Assembly (NCBI GenBank): GCA_023138975.1
Contig: JAGLON010000018.1
Location: forward strand, 32,381-96,380
Direction: 5' to 3'
DNA: 64,000 nt
From: Candidatus Zixiibacteriota bacterium
GTDB taxonomy: Bacteria; Zixibacteria; MSB-5A5; GN15; JAAZOE01
The position numbers were made by a program, and so were the translations under genes. The notes beneath the pieces were generated by a model. It was not told the origin of the DNA. It made no database searches and was given only the letters and a program-made list of their open reading frames with translations. Shown here piece by piece: positions 45,012 to 54,577 of this stretch (the first letter of the stretch is position 1; each line of letters opens with the position of its first letter).

Positions 45012-45781
45012 TATTTTTCTCCTTTACTATTTTTGTATACACCTATGAGATAATTTTCAAATTCCATTTGTTTTTTTCTGGTAAATCCCAGCATTAAAGG
45101 AGGCATTCCAGAAAGTGCACGCTTAGAAAAATGCTCGGCTAGATGTTCGGTATTGAGAAACTGAAACCCGCACTGATAGTTAGAATTAGCAGCTTCACTC
45201 TTCTCCAGCCACCGAAGTTGGCTGAATACAAATAATGGTCCTTCAAATGAATCGATATCAAGATTTAGCAAAAAGTATGAGTTTATTGGAGCCTGCATCG
45301 GGATTGAGAGCAAAATGCCACCGCCAGACACATCAAACGTCTGGCCGCGGCGCCATTTTAAATTACTCAGTTGCCCGGAAGTCAAGCTTAAGTCTGAAAT
45401 CGGTACATAAACTGTTTCAATCGCCAACGGCAACCGCTCATTTCCCCTCCGATTAGCGGTAACTATTTGCTCATCGATAACAATCTCTAACTGATGATTA
45501 TTATCAGCAATAAACGCAGCAGCAGCCTCGAATAGAATGTTCTCTAATACAAACGCGATTACTACCCCACATGAATCGCGTAGATATCCAAAATCAGGCA
45601 AACAACGCGGTAATGTTATTTGAAGGCGGTTATTTTCAATTTTCAATACTTTGGATGTATAAACTGCATCGTTATGACTATCAGCTTTTCGAATCTCAAT
45701 ATCTTTTTGGAGTAAAAGCGGAAGCTCCTCCAACATAATTTTGGTATCAATCGCAGTCGGATTAAGATTCGGAGTTGTCAT
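45011..45781 (-). CDS. PilZ-domain protein with N-terminal extension (YcgR-like architecture)
   Basis: The motifs are RRGNER (RxxxR) and DVSGGG, within a 256-aa protein. Confidence 0.7.
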   Translation of the reverse strand: MTTPNLNPTAIDTKIMLEELPLLLQKDIEIRKADSHNDAVYTSKVLKIENNRLQITLPRCLPDFGYLRDSCGVVIAFVLENILFEAAAAFIADNNHQLEIVIDEQIVTANRRGNERLPLAIETVYVPISDLSLTSGQLSNLKWRRGQTFDVSGGGILLSIPMQAPINSYFLLNLDIDSFEGPLFVFSQLRWLEKSEAANSNYQCGFQFLNTEHLAEHFSKRALSGMPPLMLGFTRKKQMEFENYLIGVYKNSKGEK

Positions 45782-45782
45782 T

Positions 45783-46535
45783 TTAAAGAATCCCTTTTTG
45801 GCGCATAATTAATTGTTCTGTAAACAGTTCCGTCACCAATGCATTTTGCAGACGGCTTTCAAATCCCTGAGAGTTGTGAGGCAAATTTGCCCGCTCTGCT
45901 TTTCCGAGATGCTTGGGCAAATCATCTTTTAGCAAAAATTCAAGCCCTGCCAACCAGTGTTTCTTTTCATCCTGCCGCACATAACGACAAATTGCAACCA
46001 CCACGCTGGGCAAATTGGCCAAGCCGCATTTCGAGCAGTCCAATAGCAGCAAATTGTTTACTTTGATCTGACTCATGCTCTGAAGCAGTACTCCTCCCGC
46101 GGAAACATTTAATGATCGAACCTTATGCAAACCCTCCCCATTCAAAGAAACCGGTTCATCAATCGGCTTTACGATAATCTTGTAGGTAATGGGCAAAACC
46201 ATATCTAACCGAACGAATCTACGGCGTTGGAGTCTTTCAACTTTGCCCAGATTTACAAGCAGCATCGTATCGGGCGCCTTTGGTTTAGCCTCCTGCAGAG
46301 TTGCTTTGAACGAATATGCGGCGTCAGCCCTTGTAAACCTTACTTGTACGACTCGGTTGTTGGCTAAAAGAGAATCACCATACTGAAAAGCTGGATTACT
46401 AATAATCAGCTTGTCAGCTTTAATATCGGAAACACGACAGCTATAAACGCCCTCTTTTCCGGGTTCGCCAATTGCCAGATGCAATTTCTCCCATATCTTA
46501 ATAACATTATTGGTCTTTGTGGTTTTGGCGGGCAT
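45783..46535 (-). CDS. PilZ-domain protein with N-terminal extension (YcgR-like architecture)
   Basis: The motifs are RRRFVR and NVSAGG, within a 250-aa protein. Confidence 0.7.
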   Translation of the reverse strand: MPAKTTKTNNVIKIWEKLHLAIGEPGKEGVYSCRVSDIKADKLIISNPAFQYGDSLLANNRVVQVRFTRADAAYSFKATLQEAKPKAPDTMLLVNLGKVERLQRRRFVRLDMVLPITYKIIVKPIDEPVSLNGEGLHKVRSLNVSAGGVLLQSMSQIKVNNLLLLDCSKCGLANLPSVVVAICRYVRQDEKKHWLAGLEFLLKDDLPKHLGKAERANLPHNSQGFESRLQNALVTELFTEQLIMRQKGIL

Positions 46536-46536
46536 A

Positions 46537-47733
46537 CTAAGATTTAGCCTCCGCCAGATTCTTTTTACCCTGCTTCATTGCCATTTCAAGTATCTTCCGT
46601 GCTAATGCTGTCCGAGAACGATCACCTCGTATTTCATGGATAAAAGCCTGCCCCGTTTTAATAGTCGTATTAAAATACTGACGAGCCGTGTCGTGATCTC
46701 CAACTTGGCGGGAAAGCTCACCAATCAGATAGGCTGCCTGCAGTGTTTGATTCCCATGTGCGATCTGTTTTCCGGATTCAAAGGCGCCGATATAATACTT
46801 CACAGCCAAACGCATCGCTTCATGCTCATTTGGAGGGACACCATCCCAAACTCGTTTTAGCGCTGATAGGAACTCACCGAGGCTGGAGTAATTATGAAAT
46901 GTCTCACCGCTTCCAACGTCAACGGATATTCCCGCCGATGTTTTTGATTCGGCCAGAAGGTTCGATAATTTCGTGACTATCTTATTCCCGGTATCTTCTA
47001 ACATCTTCAATTCATCTATACACCCGGTATAGTTTTCTCTTTCATCAGCATTGCCGCTTAAATCACACTGTGCTATTACTGCATCATTCAAGTAGCCAGT
47101 GTTACGAGTCAGCCCGCCTATCCAGTTGTTTAAGTCCTCTATTCCACGCTGAATATCATCTATATGAGATGGAGCCGGTTTTCCTGGGCTGCTATCGCTA
47201 TCATTGCCAGCATTGATATACCTGAACAACCATGCGATTCTCAGATAGAAACGACCCAGGTCAAGCTCCGATGGGTGATCATGAAAAAGCTCATCATGAG
47301 CCGCCAGCATCAACTTTAAAATGGCCGTTTCATCGGGATAATTTTCTTGGTCAAGGACATTAGCCACAAGCTTGATAAAAGACTCAGGCTCGGATAACTC
47401 TTCAAGATGACGTTCTTTAGTAATCTTTAATTTATAGGCCCGAAAATTATTATCCTTGCTCCATTCCCTGAAGGAGTTATTGAACTCGCGTGTATAATAA
47501 CAGTGCGAACAAGTTGCGGTAAAATAGAGTAAAGGATGATACCTCTGATACCTTGGATTTCTCCATTTAATTATCGTAGGGCAAAAATCCGTTTGGCGTT
47601 CGCCCTCGGTATAGGCACCGACTCGAATAGTTTCAATCTCATTCACCGTTCCGCAGACCGGGCATTCCACTTTGGTTAAAAATATTGGTGAATCCATGGA
47701 CATTGTCGTTATCCTTTCCTCATTTATTTTCAC
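46537..47733 (-). CDS. DUF2225-like protein: N-terminal zinc ribbon plus helical TPR-like region
   Basis: The zinc-ribbon elements are CPVCGTVNE...FCP...TCSHCYYT. They are followed by ~280 aa of helical repeats. Confidence 0.5.
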   Translation of the reverse strand: MKINEERITTMSMDSPIFLTKVECPVCGTVNEIETIRVGAYTEGERQTDFCPTIIKWRNPRYQRYHPLLYFTATCSHCYYTREFNNSFREWSKDNNFRAYKLKITKERHLEELSEPESFIKLVANVLDQENYPDETAILKLMLAAHDELFHDHPSELDLGRFYLRIAWLFRYINAGNDSDSSPGKPAPSHIDDIQRGIEDLNNWIGGLTRNTGYLNDAVIAQCDLSGNADERENYTGCIDELKMLEDTGNKIVTKLSNLLAESKTSAGISVDVGSGETFHNYSSLGEFLSALKRVWDGVPPNEHEAMRLAVKYYIGAFESGKQIAHGNQTLQAAYLIGELSRQVGDHDTARQYFNTTIKTGQAFIHEIRGDRSRTALARKILEMAMKQGKKNLAEAKS

Positions 47734-47740
47734 TCGGTAC

Positions 47741-48229
47741 TCAGGCGTTACCTGTTACCGATAGTATTTCCAATTCGTCTTCGGTTATTGGAAGTTGCTC
47801 CAGCAGCTCACGTTGCGGTTTACCCTTAGCAAGAAGCCGACGGGCTTCTCTATAAATAGCTCGGCGGTTTTCCCGGCGATTGCCGACAATGACCGTTTCC
47901 GGCGGAAAAGGTAGTTCAAATGTATTAGTTTTGATTTCCGGACGATCTGAAGCCTGTGCTGTTTCACGAAACGAAACAAATTCGGGATCATGAAGAGTTT
48001 TAGAGTCAGGCGAAATGGGAGTTCGGGGCAAAATTGGCCGAGGTGTGGGCAAAGATATCCGAACCGGTTCCGGAGCAATTACATGCTCCTGAGCTTTTAT
48101 CTTTTCTTCTGCGGAAAGCTCTTTTCTTGTGCGGCGTTTTTGTAAAAGCACGTAAACCAGAGCGGCAACAATAAGGTATCCAGCCAGGTTTAGTCCAAAT
48201 TCAATTAAAGTTTGTGATGAAAAATCCAT
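47741..48229 (-). CDS. Small membrane-anchored hypothetical protein
   Basis: It has an N-terminal TM segment (LNLAGYLIVAALVYVLL), a Pro-rich middle and a basic C-terminus. The RBS is AAGGGGA. Confidence 0.5.
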   Translation of the reverse strand: MDFSSQTLIEFGLNLAGYLIVAALVYVLLQKRRTRKELSAEEKIKAQEHVIAPEPVRISLPTPRPILPRTPISPDSKTLHDPEFVSFRETAQASDRPEIKTNTFELPFPPETVIVGNRRENRRAIYREARRLLAKGKPQRELLEQLPITEDELEILSVTGNA

Positions 48230-48246
48230 TTTTCTATCCCCTTAAA

Positions 48247-48537
48247 TCATCCTGAAACATCTAAATGTTCCACCGGTGCGCCATTGTCTTTTTTCCGACC
48301 TTTTTTTCTCTTCTGCTGCCTGTCATGTCTTTCTTTTTCCTCTTCTTCTCGTCGAATAATGACCATGTCCATTTTTTCACTGGCGCGAGCTTTCTCCATT
48401 TCGGCGGCGGTTTTCTCTTTGAGTGCGTCGGCGACGACTTTTTGGCCAACTTCGCCGTGCGCTTTCTGAATCTGGTTCAATCGTTCTACCGCCTGGGTTT
48501 TAGCCAGGTTGTCTTGTAAGTCGATAGGACGTACCAT
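48247..48537 (-). CDS. Small highly charged hypothetical protein downstream of fliA
   Basis: 96 aa with a strong RBS (GGAGG). The C-terminus is Lys/Glu/Arg-rich. I recognise no family. Confidence 0.5.
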   Translation of the reverse strand: MVRPIDLQDNLAKTQAVERLNQIQKAHGEVGQKVVADALKEKTAAEMEKARASEKMDMVIIRREEEEKERHDRQQKRKKGRKKDNGAPVEHLDVSG

Positions 48538-48568
48538 AACGCCTCCTTCCGCCGATGTTTACGACGGC

Positions 48569-49435
48569 TTACGCGAGACCGAATTTCTCGCGAACCATAC
48601 CACGCAGTTTTAATACCGCTTTAGTATGAATCTGAGAAACACGAGACTCGGAGATCTTCATTACTTCCCCGATTTCCTTTAATGTCAATTCCTCGTAGTA
48701 GTACAGGGCAATTACTAATTTTTCCTGTTCTGTCAATCTATCTATAGCCAAGACCAGAAAAGCTTGCAGCTCACTGCGTTCAAGCTTCTTCAAAGTCGTA
48801 TTGGCTTTTTTGTCCTCAACCGTCTCTATTCTTGGCACTTGACGATTATCATCTTCACGGAAAATCATCTCATCCAATGATAAGAGCGTCGTTTTCGAGA
48901 CATCCTCCAGAGCATAATGCAAATCCTGAACGCCTATATTCAGCATCTTGGCCAACTCTTCATCCGTAGGCGCACGCCCCTCTTTATTCTCAAATACCAA
49001 TAGAGCGCGCTCGATCTCACGGGCTTTAGCACGAGTTGAACGCGGTACCCAATCGAGAGACCGCAATTCATCAAGGATTGCTCCCCTAATTCTCGGAACC
49101 GCATAAGTTTCAAATTTGACGCCTCGATCCGGATCAAATTTCCGAAACGCTTCGGTTAGCCCGATTACGCCCGTATTGATTAAGTCGCATAATTCTACCG
49201 AGCGAGGGAAGTTTATCGCCATACGCCCTGCAACATTCCTGACTAAAGGCAAATAGCGGTTTAATAATCGGCGCCGGATGGAGGGGTCCTGATTCTTTTG
49301 ATATCGGGCCCATTCTCGACGAGCTTCTGCATCGCGCCGAGCTTTCTCAGCCTGCACTTTGGTCGTCACTTTTGCTTTCACGTTAGCAGCTGCTGCTTTC
49401 TTCGGTTTTCTCTTTTCCTTGAGTGTGCTAATCAT
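48569..49435 (-). CDS. fliA: Flagellar sigma-28 factor FliA with ~45-aa basic N-terminal extension
   Basis: Region 2 reads DLINTGVIGLTEAFRKFDPDRGVKFETYAVPRIRGAILDELR. Region 4 reads LTLKEIGEVMKISESRVSQIHTKAVLKLR. It sits directly after flhG. Confidence 0.9.
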   Translation of the reverse strand: MISTLKEKRKPKKAAAANVKAKVTTKVQAEKARRDAEARREWARYQKNQDPSIRRRLLNRYLPLVRNVAGRMAINFPRSVELCDLINTGVIGLTEAFRKFDPDRGVKFETYAVPRIRGAILDELRSLDWVPRSTRAKAREIERALLVFENKEGRAPTDEELAKMLNIGVQDLHYALEDVSKTTLLSLDEMIFREDDNRQVPRIETVEDKKANTTLKKLERSELQAFLVLAIDRLTEQEKLVIALYYYEELTLKEIGEVMKISESRVSQIHTKAVLKLRGMVREKFGLA

Positions 49436-49442
49436 TTGTCTG

Positions 49443-50291
49443 CTATTCCTTTATATCGGCCCCTACGGGCGTGAAGCTTAAGGGTTTCCGAGTAGTTTTT
49501 TTCTCGATTAATTCTTCCGTAAGAGTCCCGGCAAGCGTTAAAAACTGACTTGTTATCGGGCTTTCGGGGTAAAGGTCCACAACACTTTGCTGCCTGGCGA
49601 CAGCATCAATCATAGCGTCATCGGCCCCTAGCCAGCCGAAAAATGTGGGAATACTATTGAGAAATTGATTGGTCAGTGTGGCAAACTTCTGGTATATGTA
49701 ATCAACCTCTTCTTTCGCGTCTTCCTTGTTGACTAAAAGGGATAGGTTGAGCTGTTTATTATTGGATACCAACACTTTATAGAGAGCGTACGTGTCGGAA
49801 ATTGCAGTTAATTCAGCAGTTGTTACCAGGACCACTTCGTCCATTGCATTAAGGATTAAATTGGTATGTGGAAGAATACCAGAAGCAGTGTCAAAGATAA
49901 TAAAGTCATAATCGCTCAATAATTTACGAATATCCGATAGAGTTAACGCTAATTTCTGCAACTCAGGCAATAATCCAGAGTTTTGTAGTCCTGAAGCGGC
50001 CAAAAGATCCGGGCCAGCCTCTCCGAAAATAATTGCCTCTTGAACCTTCTGTCTATTCAGACAGATATCATTCAATCCTAAATCGTTATTTATATTGGCC
50101 AATAAATGCTGATTGCCCAATTGGAAATCGGCGTCAACAATAAGTACTTTTCGATGGCGTGCGAGGCTCACAGCCAGGTTATAGGCGATAACCGATTTTC
50201 CGACGCCACCTTTGCCCGATGCAATAGCAATCATGCGAGGAGAATGCGGTAGTGTGGAGGCATTCAGTAAATTCTCAATTCTGTTCTTCAT
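49443..50291 (-). CDS. flhG: FlhG (MinD/ParA-like flagellar number regulator ATPase)
   Basis: The deviant Walker A is IASGKGGVGKS. It sits between flhF and fliA. Confidence 0.85.
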   Translation of the reverse strand: MKNRIENLLNASTLPHSPRMIAIASGKGGVGKSVIAYNLAVSLARHRKVLIVDADFQLGNQHLLANINNDLGLNDICLNRQKVQEAIIFGEAGPDLLAASGLQNSGLLPELQKLALTLSDIRKLLSDYDFIIFDTASGILPHTNLILNAMDEVVLVTTAELTAISDTYALYKVLVSNNKQLNLSLLVNKEDAKEEVDYIYQKFATLTNQFLNSIPTFFGWLGADDAMIDAVARQQSVVDLYPESPITSQFLTLAGTLTEELIEKKTTRKPLSFTPVGADIKE

Positions 50292-51437
50292 CTAAACTTC
50301 CTCCCCTATTCCAAACAGGCTTTGGATCAAGTGTCGATGATCCGGAATAAGATCAATATCTCCGGCACGTCTCCCGTTACCGAGCATCGAAACCGTGAGA
50401 CCATATTGAATAGATGTGGAAATCAATCCGCCTAATCGGTTGGTTTGATCGGTCATAGTGAAAGCCATTTCAGTGAGACCGAGCGGACGATAAGCCCGGA
50501 GCATATCGAATAAATCAGACGTCCTGCACCACGCGGGAAAAACACCAATTACTCGACTGGCTTCAATGCGAGCCAGTTTCTCAGCATAAATCGCGATATT
50601 GGTTTTATCATTTGGGTTCAATGCTGGGGTGTCGATAAAAGTGATTTTATCTCGTCCTTCACGATCAAGCAATGAACGATCTATCTCCCGAGGCATCTCA
50701 AATCGGTCAACGTCGAGAATATCCGCATACGTTTGTAATTCTTCAGGAGCGGAAATCTTCATTTGATCAAGTGAGGTTAAACTCACCGGCAGATGTCGCT
50801 GACTAACCAGATAACCAGTTAAGCGACCCATCAGTGAGGTTTTCCCAGATCCCGCCGGCCCTACCAAAACTATTTTCTGTCCCGGGTGAAACGCGTACGA
50901 ATCACGAGCCTTGGGCAGGTGGCTGAAAATCAATTCGACAGCAAGTGCGCAAATCGTATCATAATCGCTATCATCCGATAACCGGTCAGCAATTTTGTCG
51001 ATAATGTCATTGGCCATATTTTCCGGCAAATCAGCCCGAAGCATGGCCGTAAACACCCGTCCCAAAGCGCCGTCATAAGTAGCTTTCCGAACCGGCATCT
51101 GAAAAACATCCAGTAGAAAGTCCAACTTTTGAGCTATTTTCTCAGACGGGATATTCGCCGCCGGAGAAACTAAAGGTTGTAGTGCGGGAGCAGGCATCGG
51201 GATCGAAGTCGGCTCGGGAGCCTGATACAAGTGCTCCATTTTCTTTGTGACCACGGAGCTTGACTCTCCACCTTTCTTATCAAGACAAGCAGTGACTTCG
51301 ACCTTGCCGCCGTCAACCGATGATCGATTGGGATCGACCTTTCGGGTTTTTAGGATGACGGCATCTCCGCCCAAGTCCATGCGGACTCGTTTTAACGCGC
51401 CCGCTACCGTATCTGCGGTATAAGATTTAACTATCAT
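50292..51437 (-). CDS. flhF: FlhF SRP-type GTPase
   Basis: The GTPase motifs are G1 LVGPAGSGKTS and FIDTPA. It lies downstream of flhA. Confidence 0.85.
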   Translation of the reverse strand: MIVKSYTADTVAGALKRVRMDLGGDAVILKTRKVDPNRSSVDGGKVEVTACLDKKGGESSSVVTKKMEHLYQAPEPTSIPMPAPALQPLVSPAANIPSEKIAQKLDFLLDVFQMPVRKATYDGALGRVFTAMLRADLPENMANDIIDKIADRLSDDSDYDTICALAVELIFSHLPKARDSYAFHPGQKIVLVGPAGSGKTSLMGRLTGYLVSQRHLPVSLTSLDQMKISAPEELQTYADILDVDRFEMPREIDRSLLDREGRDKITFIDTPALNPNDKTNIAIYAEKLARIEASRVIGVFPAWCRTSDLFDMLRAYRPLGLTEMAFTMTDQTNRLGGLISTSIQYGLTVSMLGNGRRAGDIDLIPDHRHLIQSLFGIGEEV

Positions 51438-53502
51438 TTGGCATCTCCACCATTCCGCTCGAGACTAACTCGATATCGCGGTGAACTTCATTGTATGAGA
51501 TAACGGACAGCTGAGGCAGCGACACTTCCATGAGGCGCCGGAAAGCTAACCGTACATTTGGCGAGGTTAAACAGATCGTGTGATGACCGGCGGCCGACAA
51601 TGTATCTGCCTGACGAACAGTTTCACTAACTAATCTGTCAGTAACTTCGGGAGCCATAACGAGCATGATTCCCTGTTTAGTATTTTGTATTGATCCGGCC
51701 AGCATCTGCTCGACCTGAGGCGACAACGTAAAGCAGTAAATTTTATTGTTCTCATCTTTGAGCATATCGGAAATCCGGCGACGCAATGAAATGCGGCAGT
51801 ATTCGGATAACACTTCCGGATCTTTTATCGTCGCGCCAAAATCGGAAACTGTCTCCATGATTGTGGCCAGATCGCGAATCGGAATCCTTTCGGATAACAG
51901 CATCTGCAGAATCTTGTGAACCATCGGCAGCGTTAGCATCTCGGGTACAACACCTTCGACCAATGCCGGATGATCTTCCTTCAGAGTATCGAGCAAATGC
52001 CTGATATCCTGACGAGAAATAATTTCACTGGCATTGGCTCGGATAATTTCGGTCAGATGAGTCGACAGCACCGCAGTTGGTTCAACCACGGTATAACCTT
52101 TGGCCTCGGCGGTTTCCTTTAGATTTGGAATAATCCAGCGAGCCTTCAAATTGAAAGCCGGTTCAACCGCGTCAAAGCCCTCAATATCGTCTTCGATATA
52201 TCCCGGATTAATTGCCATCAGATGGTCCGGCATAAGCTCAGCCTTGGCCGCAATCAATCCCTTAATCTTAATAGCGTATTCATTTGGTTGAAGCTGAACA
52301 TTATCGCGAATGCGAATGGCCGGTACGATAATCCCCATGTCGATAGCCTGCTGGCGGCGAATAACACTAATTCGTTCAAGCAAATCGCCGTTCTGATTGG
52401 TATCGACCATAGGAATAAGACCGTAGCCGATTTCGACTTCAAGAGTATCCACTTTCAGGAGATCTTCAGTCCGTTCTTCGGAGGTTCCTTCTTCGGTAGA
52501 CTCCTCTTCCTTCCGATCCTCTTCTTCCTTCTGCTTCTTGCTCTTTTCAATTATAAAAGCAACTGCGCCCAGTATCGTACCAAGGGCAACAAATGGTACC
52601 GTCGGCATACCCGGTACGACACCTAACATAAATATCACACCGGAAGCGACCATGATAGCCCGCGGCTGCATCCCGAGCTGTTTGGTTAAATCTTTACCCA
52701 TATTGTTATCAGCCGCCGAACGGGTCACAATAATACCGGATGCGGTGGAAACAATAAGGGCTGGAATCTGGGTTACAAGACCATCGCCCACGGAGAGCAA
52801 CGTGTATGTTTTCAGCGCCTGAAGAGCCGTCATGTCGCGCATCAGGATACCGACAATAAATCCGCCGATAACATTGATAACGGTGATTAATATTCCCGCA
52901 ATCGCGTCGCCCCGAACAAACTTGGAAGCACCGTCCATCGCTCCGTAGAAATCAGCCTCTTTGCTGATCTCCGATCGCCGAGTGCGGGCATCGGCATCAC
53001 TTATCAATCCGGCATTCAAATCGGCATCAATGGCCATCTGTTTACCCGGCATCGCATCCAGAGTAAATCGGGCGGCAACTTCGGAGATTCGTGTGGCGCC
53101 TTTGGTAATTACGACAAACTGAATAATGACTAAGATCAGAAAGATGATGAAACCGACTACGTAATTTCCTTTTACGACAAAATTACCAAATGAGTTAATA
53201 ACGTCTCCGGCATATCCTTCACCCAGAATCAATCGAGTCGAAGCAACGTTTAATGACAGTCGTATCAATGTGATAATGAGCAGCATTCCAGGAAAAACCG
53301 AGAGGTCCAATGGGCTGGTGATATAGAGGGTCGAAATAAGAATGACGATTGAGAAGGCAATGTTGAACGCCAGCGCAAAATCAAGAAATGAAGCTGGAAT
53401 CGGTAGTACTAAGACCGCGATTACAGCCACAACCAGAATCGCCATGGCGATATCGCTATGGTCCGCTATTTTCTCCAGAAGGGTAGCTTTTTGCTCAGGC
53501 AT
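51427..53502 (-). CDS. flhA: Flagellar export gate protein FlhA
   Basis: 691 aa. The conserved N-terminal TM region includes FPGMLLIITLIRLSLNVASTRLIL, followed by a cytoplasmic domain. Confidence 0.95.
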   Translation of the reverse strand: MPEQKATLLEKIADHSDIAMAILVVAVIAVLVLPIPASFLDFALAFNIAFSIVILISTLYITSPLDLSVFPGMLLIITLIRLSLNVASTRLILGEGYAGDVINSFGNFVVKGNYVVGFIIFLILVIIQFVVITKGATRISEVAARFTLDAMPGKQMAIDADLNAGLISDADARTRRSEISKEADFYGAMDGASKFVRGDAIAGILITVINVIGGFIVGILMRDMTALQALKTYTLLSVGDGLVTQIPALIVSTASGIIVTRSAADNNMGKDLTKQLGMQPRAIMVASGVIFMLGVVPGMPTVPFVALGTILGAVAFIIEKSKKQKEEEDRKEEESTEEGTSEERTEDLLKVDTLEVEIGYGLIPMVDTNQNGDLLERISVIRRQQAIDMGIIVPAIRIRDNVQLQPNEYAIKIKGLIAAKAELMPDHLMAINPGYIEDDIEGFDAVEPAFNLKARWIIPNLKETAEAKGYTVVEPTAVLSTHLTEIIRANASEIISRQDIRHLLDTLKEDHPALVEGVVPEMLTLPMVHKILQMLLSERIPIRDLATIMETVSDFGATIKDPEVLSEYCRISLRRRISDMLKDENNKIYCFTLSPQVEQMLAGSIQNTKQGIMLVMAPEVTDRLVSETVRQADTLSAAGHHTICLTSPNVRLAFRRLMEVSLPQLSVISYNEVHRDIELVSSGMVEMPNDS

Positions 53503-54574
53503 TTGCTACACCTCCATTGGATTTAACCCGATAAATGTATGCCAAAACCTCTGCGACAGCTTTGAAAAGCTCGTTGGGGATATAAGCACCGACGTCAACT
53601 AACTTGAACAGTGAACGAGCCAGCGGTTTATTCTCGACAATCGGAATACCCTTTTCTTTGGCGATTTTTTTAATTTTCTGAGCTATTAAACGCTGCCCTT
53701 TGGCAACAACCTTAGGGGCTGACATTGTATCTACATCATATTTAAGAGCAACCGCGTAATGAGTCGGGTTTGTAACCACCACATCCGCTTCCGGGATTTC
53801 CGACATCATGCGCCGCTGAGCCATTTCCCTCTGAACCTGCTTGATATGGCTCTTCAATTGCGGATTTCCGTCCGTGTCCTTCATCTCCTCACGGACTTCC
53901 TGCTTGGTCATTTTCTGGTTATTGGCAAAATCCCACCGTTGATAGGCGAAATCGAACATAGCCAGGATAAACAGCACAACGCATATTTTTATCGCCAGCA
54001 TCAAGGCGAGTTTCCCTAATATCTGACCATATTGCCCTGCGGTTTTATCACCGATGGTAATAAGGTCAGGCATCCAGCCGTCAATTGTCTGGTAGGCTAC
54101 AATCGCGATGACCACCGTCTTAATGACATCACGAATCAGGGTAATCAGTGATTTCTTTGAGATTAAGCGCCCGATGCCTTTGATTACATCGAGTTTATCA
54201 AACTTCGGCTGCAGGGATTTAAATGATACCATCCAGCCGGTTTGCACAACATTGATACCAAATGCGAAGACCGCAATCAGTAGAATTGCCGGAGCTGCTA
54301 TCTGAGCAAACGTCGCGATGCGGTCAGCAAAGATTAATTGCACTTTATCAGGAGTTATCGCAATCGCTGGAGCATTGCTGAGAGTATAACGCATTATACC
54401 GCTCATACTGTCATACATCATCGGACCCAGCAAATAAAGAGACACAAAACCAAAACAGACGATGACGACAGAATTGAGTTCCATCGAACGCGCCACCTGT
54501 CCCTCTTCGCGAGCTTTATTTAGCTTGCGCGGTGTTGCTGTCTCTGTTTTTTCTTGTGCTGGTTTATCCGCCAT
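53495..54574 (-). CDS. flhB: Flagellar export switch protein FlhB
   Basis: The N-terminus reads EKTETATPRKLNKAREEGQVARS. The NPTH autocleavage site is present (VVTNPTHYAVAL). Confidence 0.95.
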   Translation of the reverse strand: MADKPAQEKTETATPRKLNKAREEGQVARSMELNSVVIVCFGFVSLYLLGPMMYDSMSGIMRYTLSNAPAIAITPDKVQLIFADRIATFAQIAAPAILLIAVFAFGINVVQTGWMVSFKSLQPKFDKLDVIKGIGRLISKKSLITLIRDVIKTVVIAIVAYQTIDGWMPDLITIGDKTAGQYGQILGKLALMLAIKICVVLFILAMFDFAYQRWDFANNQKMTKQEVREEMKDTDGNPQLKSHIKQVQREMAQRRMMSEIPEADVVVTNPTHYAVALKYDVDTMSAPKVVAKGQRLIAQKIKKIAKEKGIPIVENKPLARSLFKLVDVGAYIPNELFKAVAEVLAYIYRVKSNGGVANA

Positions 54575-54577
54575 TTT

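Noticed and set aside
48261-48519. Several 61-84-aa ORFs on both strands across the 96-aa charged-protein gene
   Set aside because: They are artefacts of the Lys/Glu/Arg low-complexity coding region (AAG/GAA repeats). Only the 48247-48537 frame has a strong GGAGG RBS and operon-consistent spacing.
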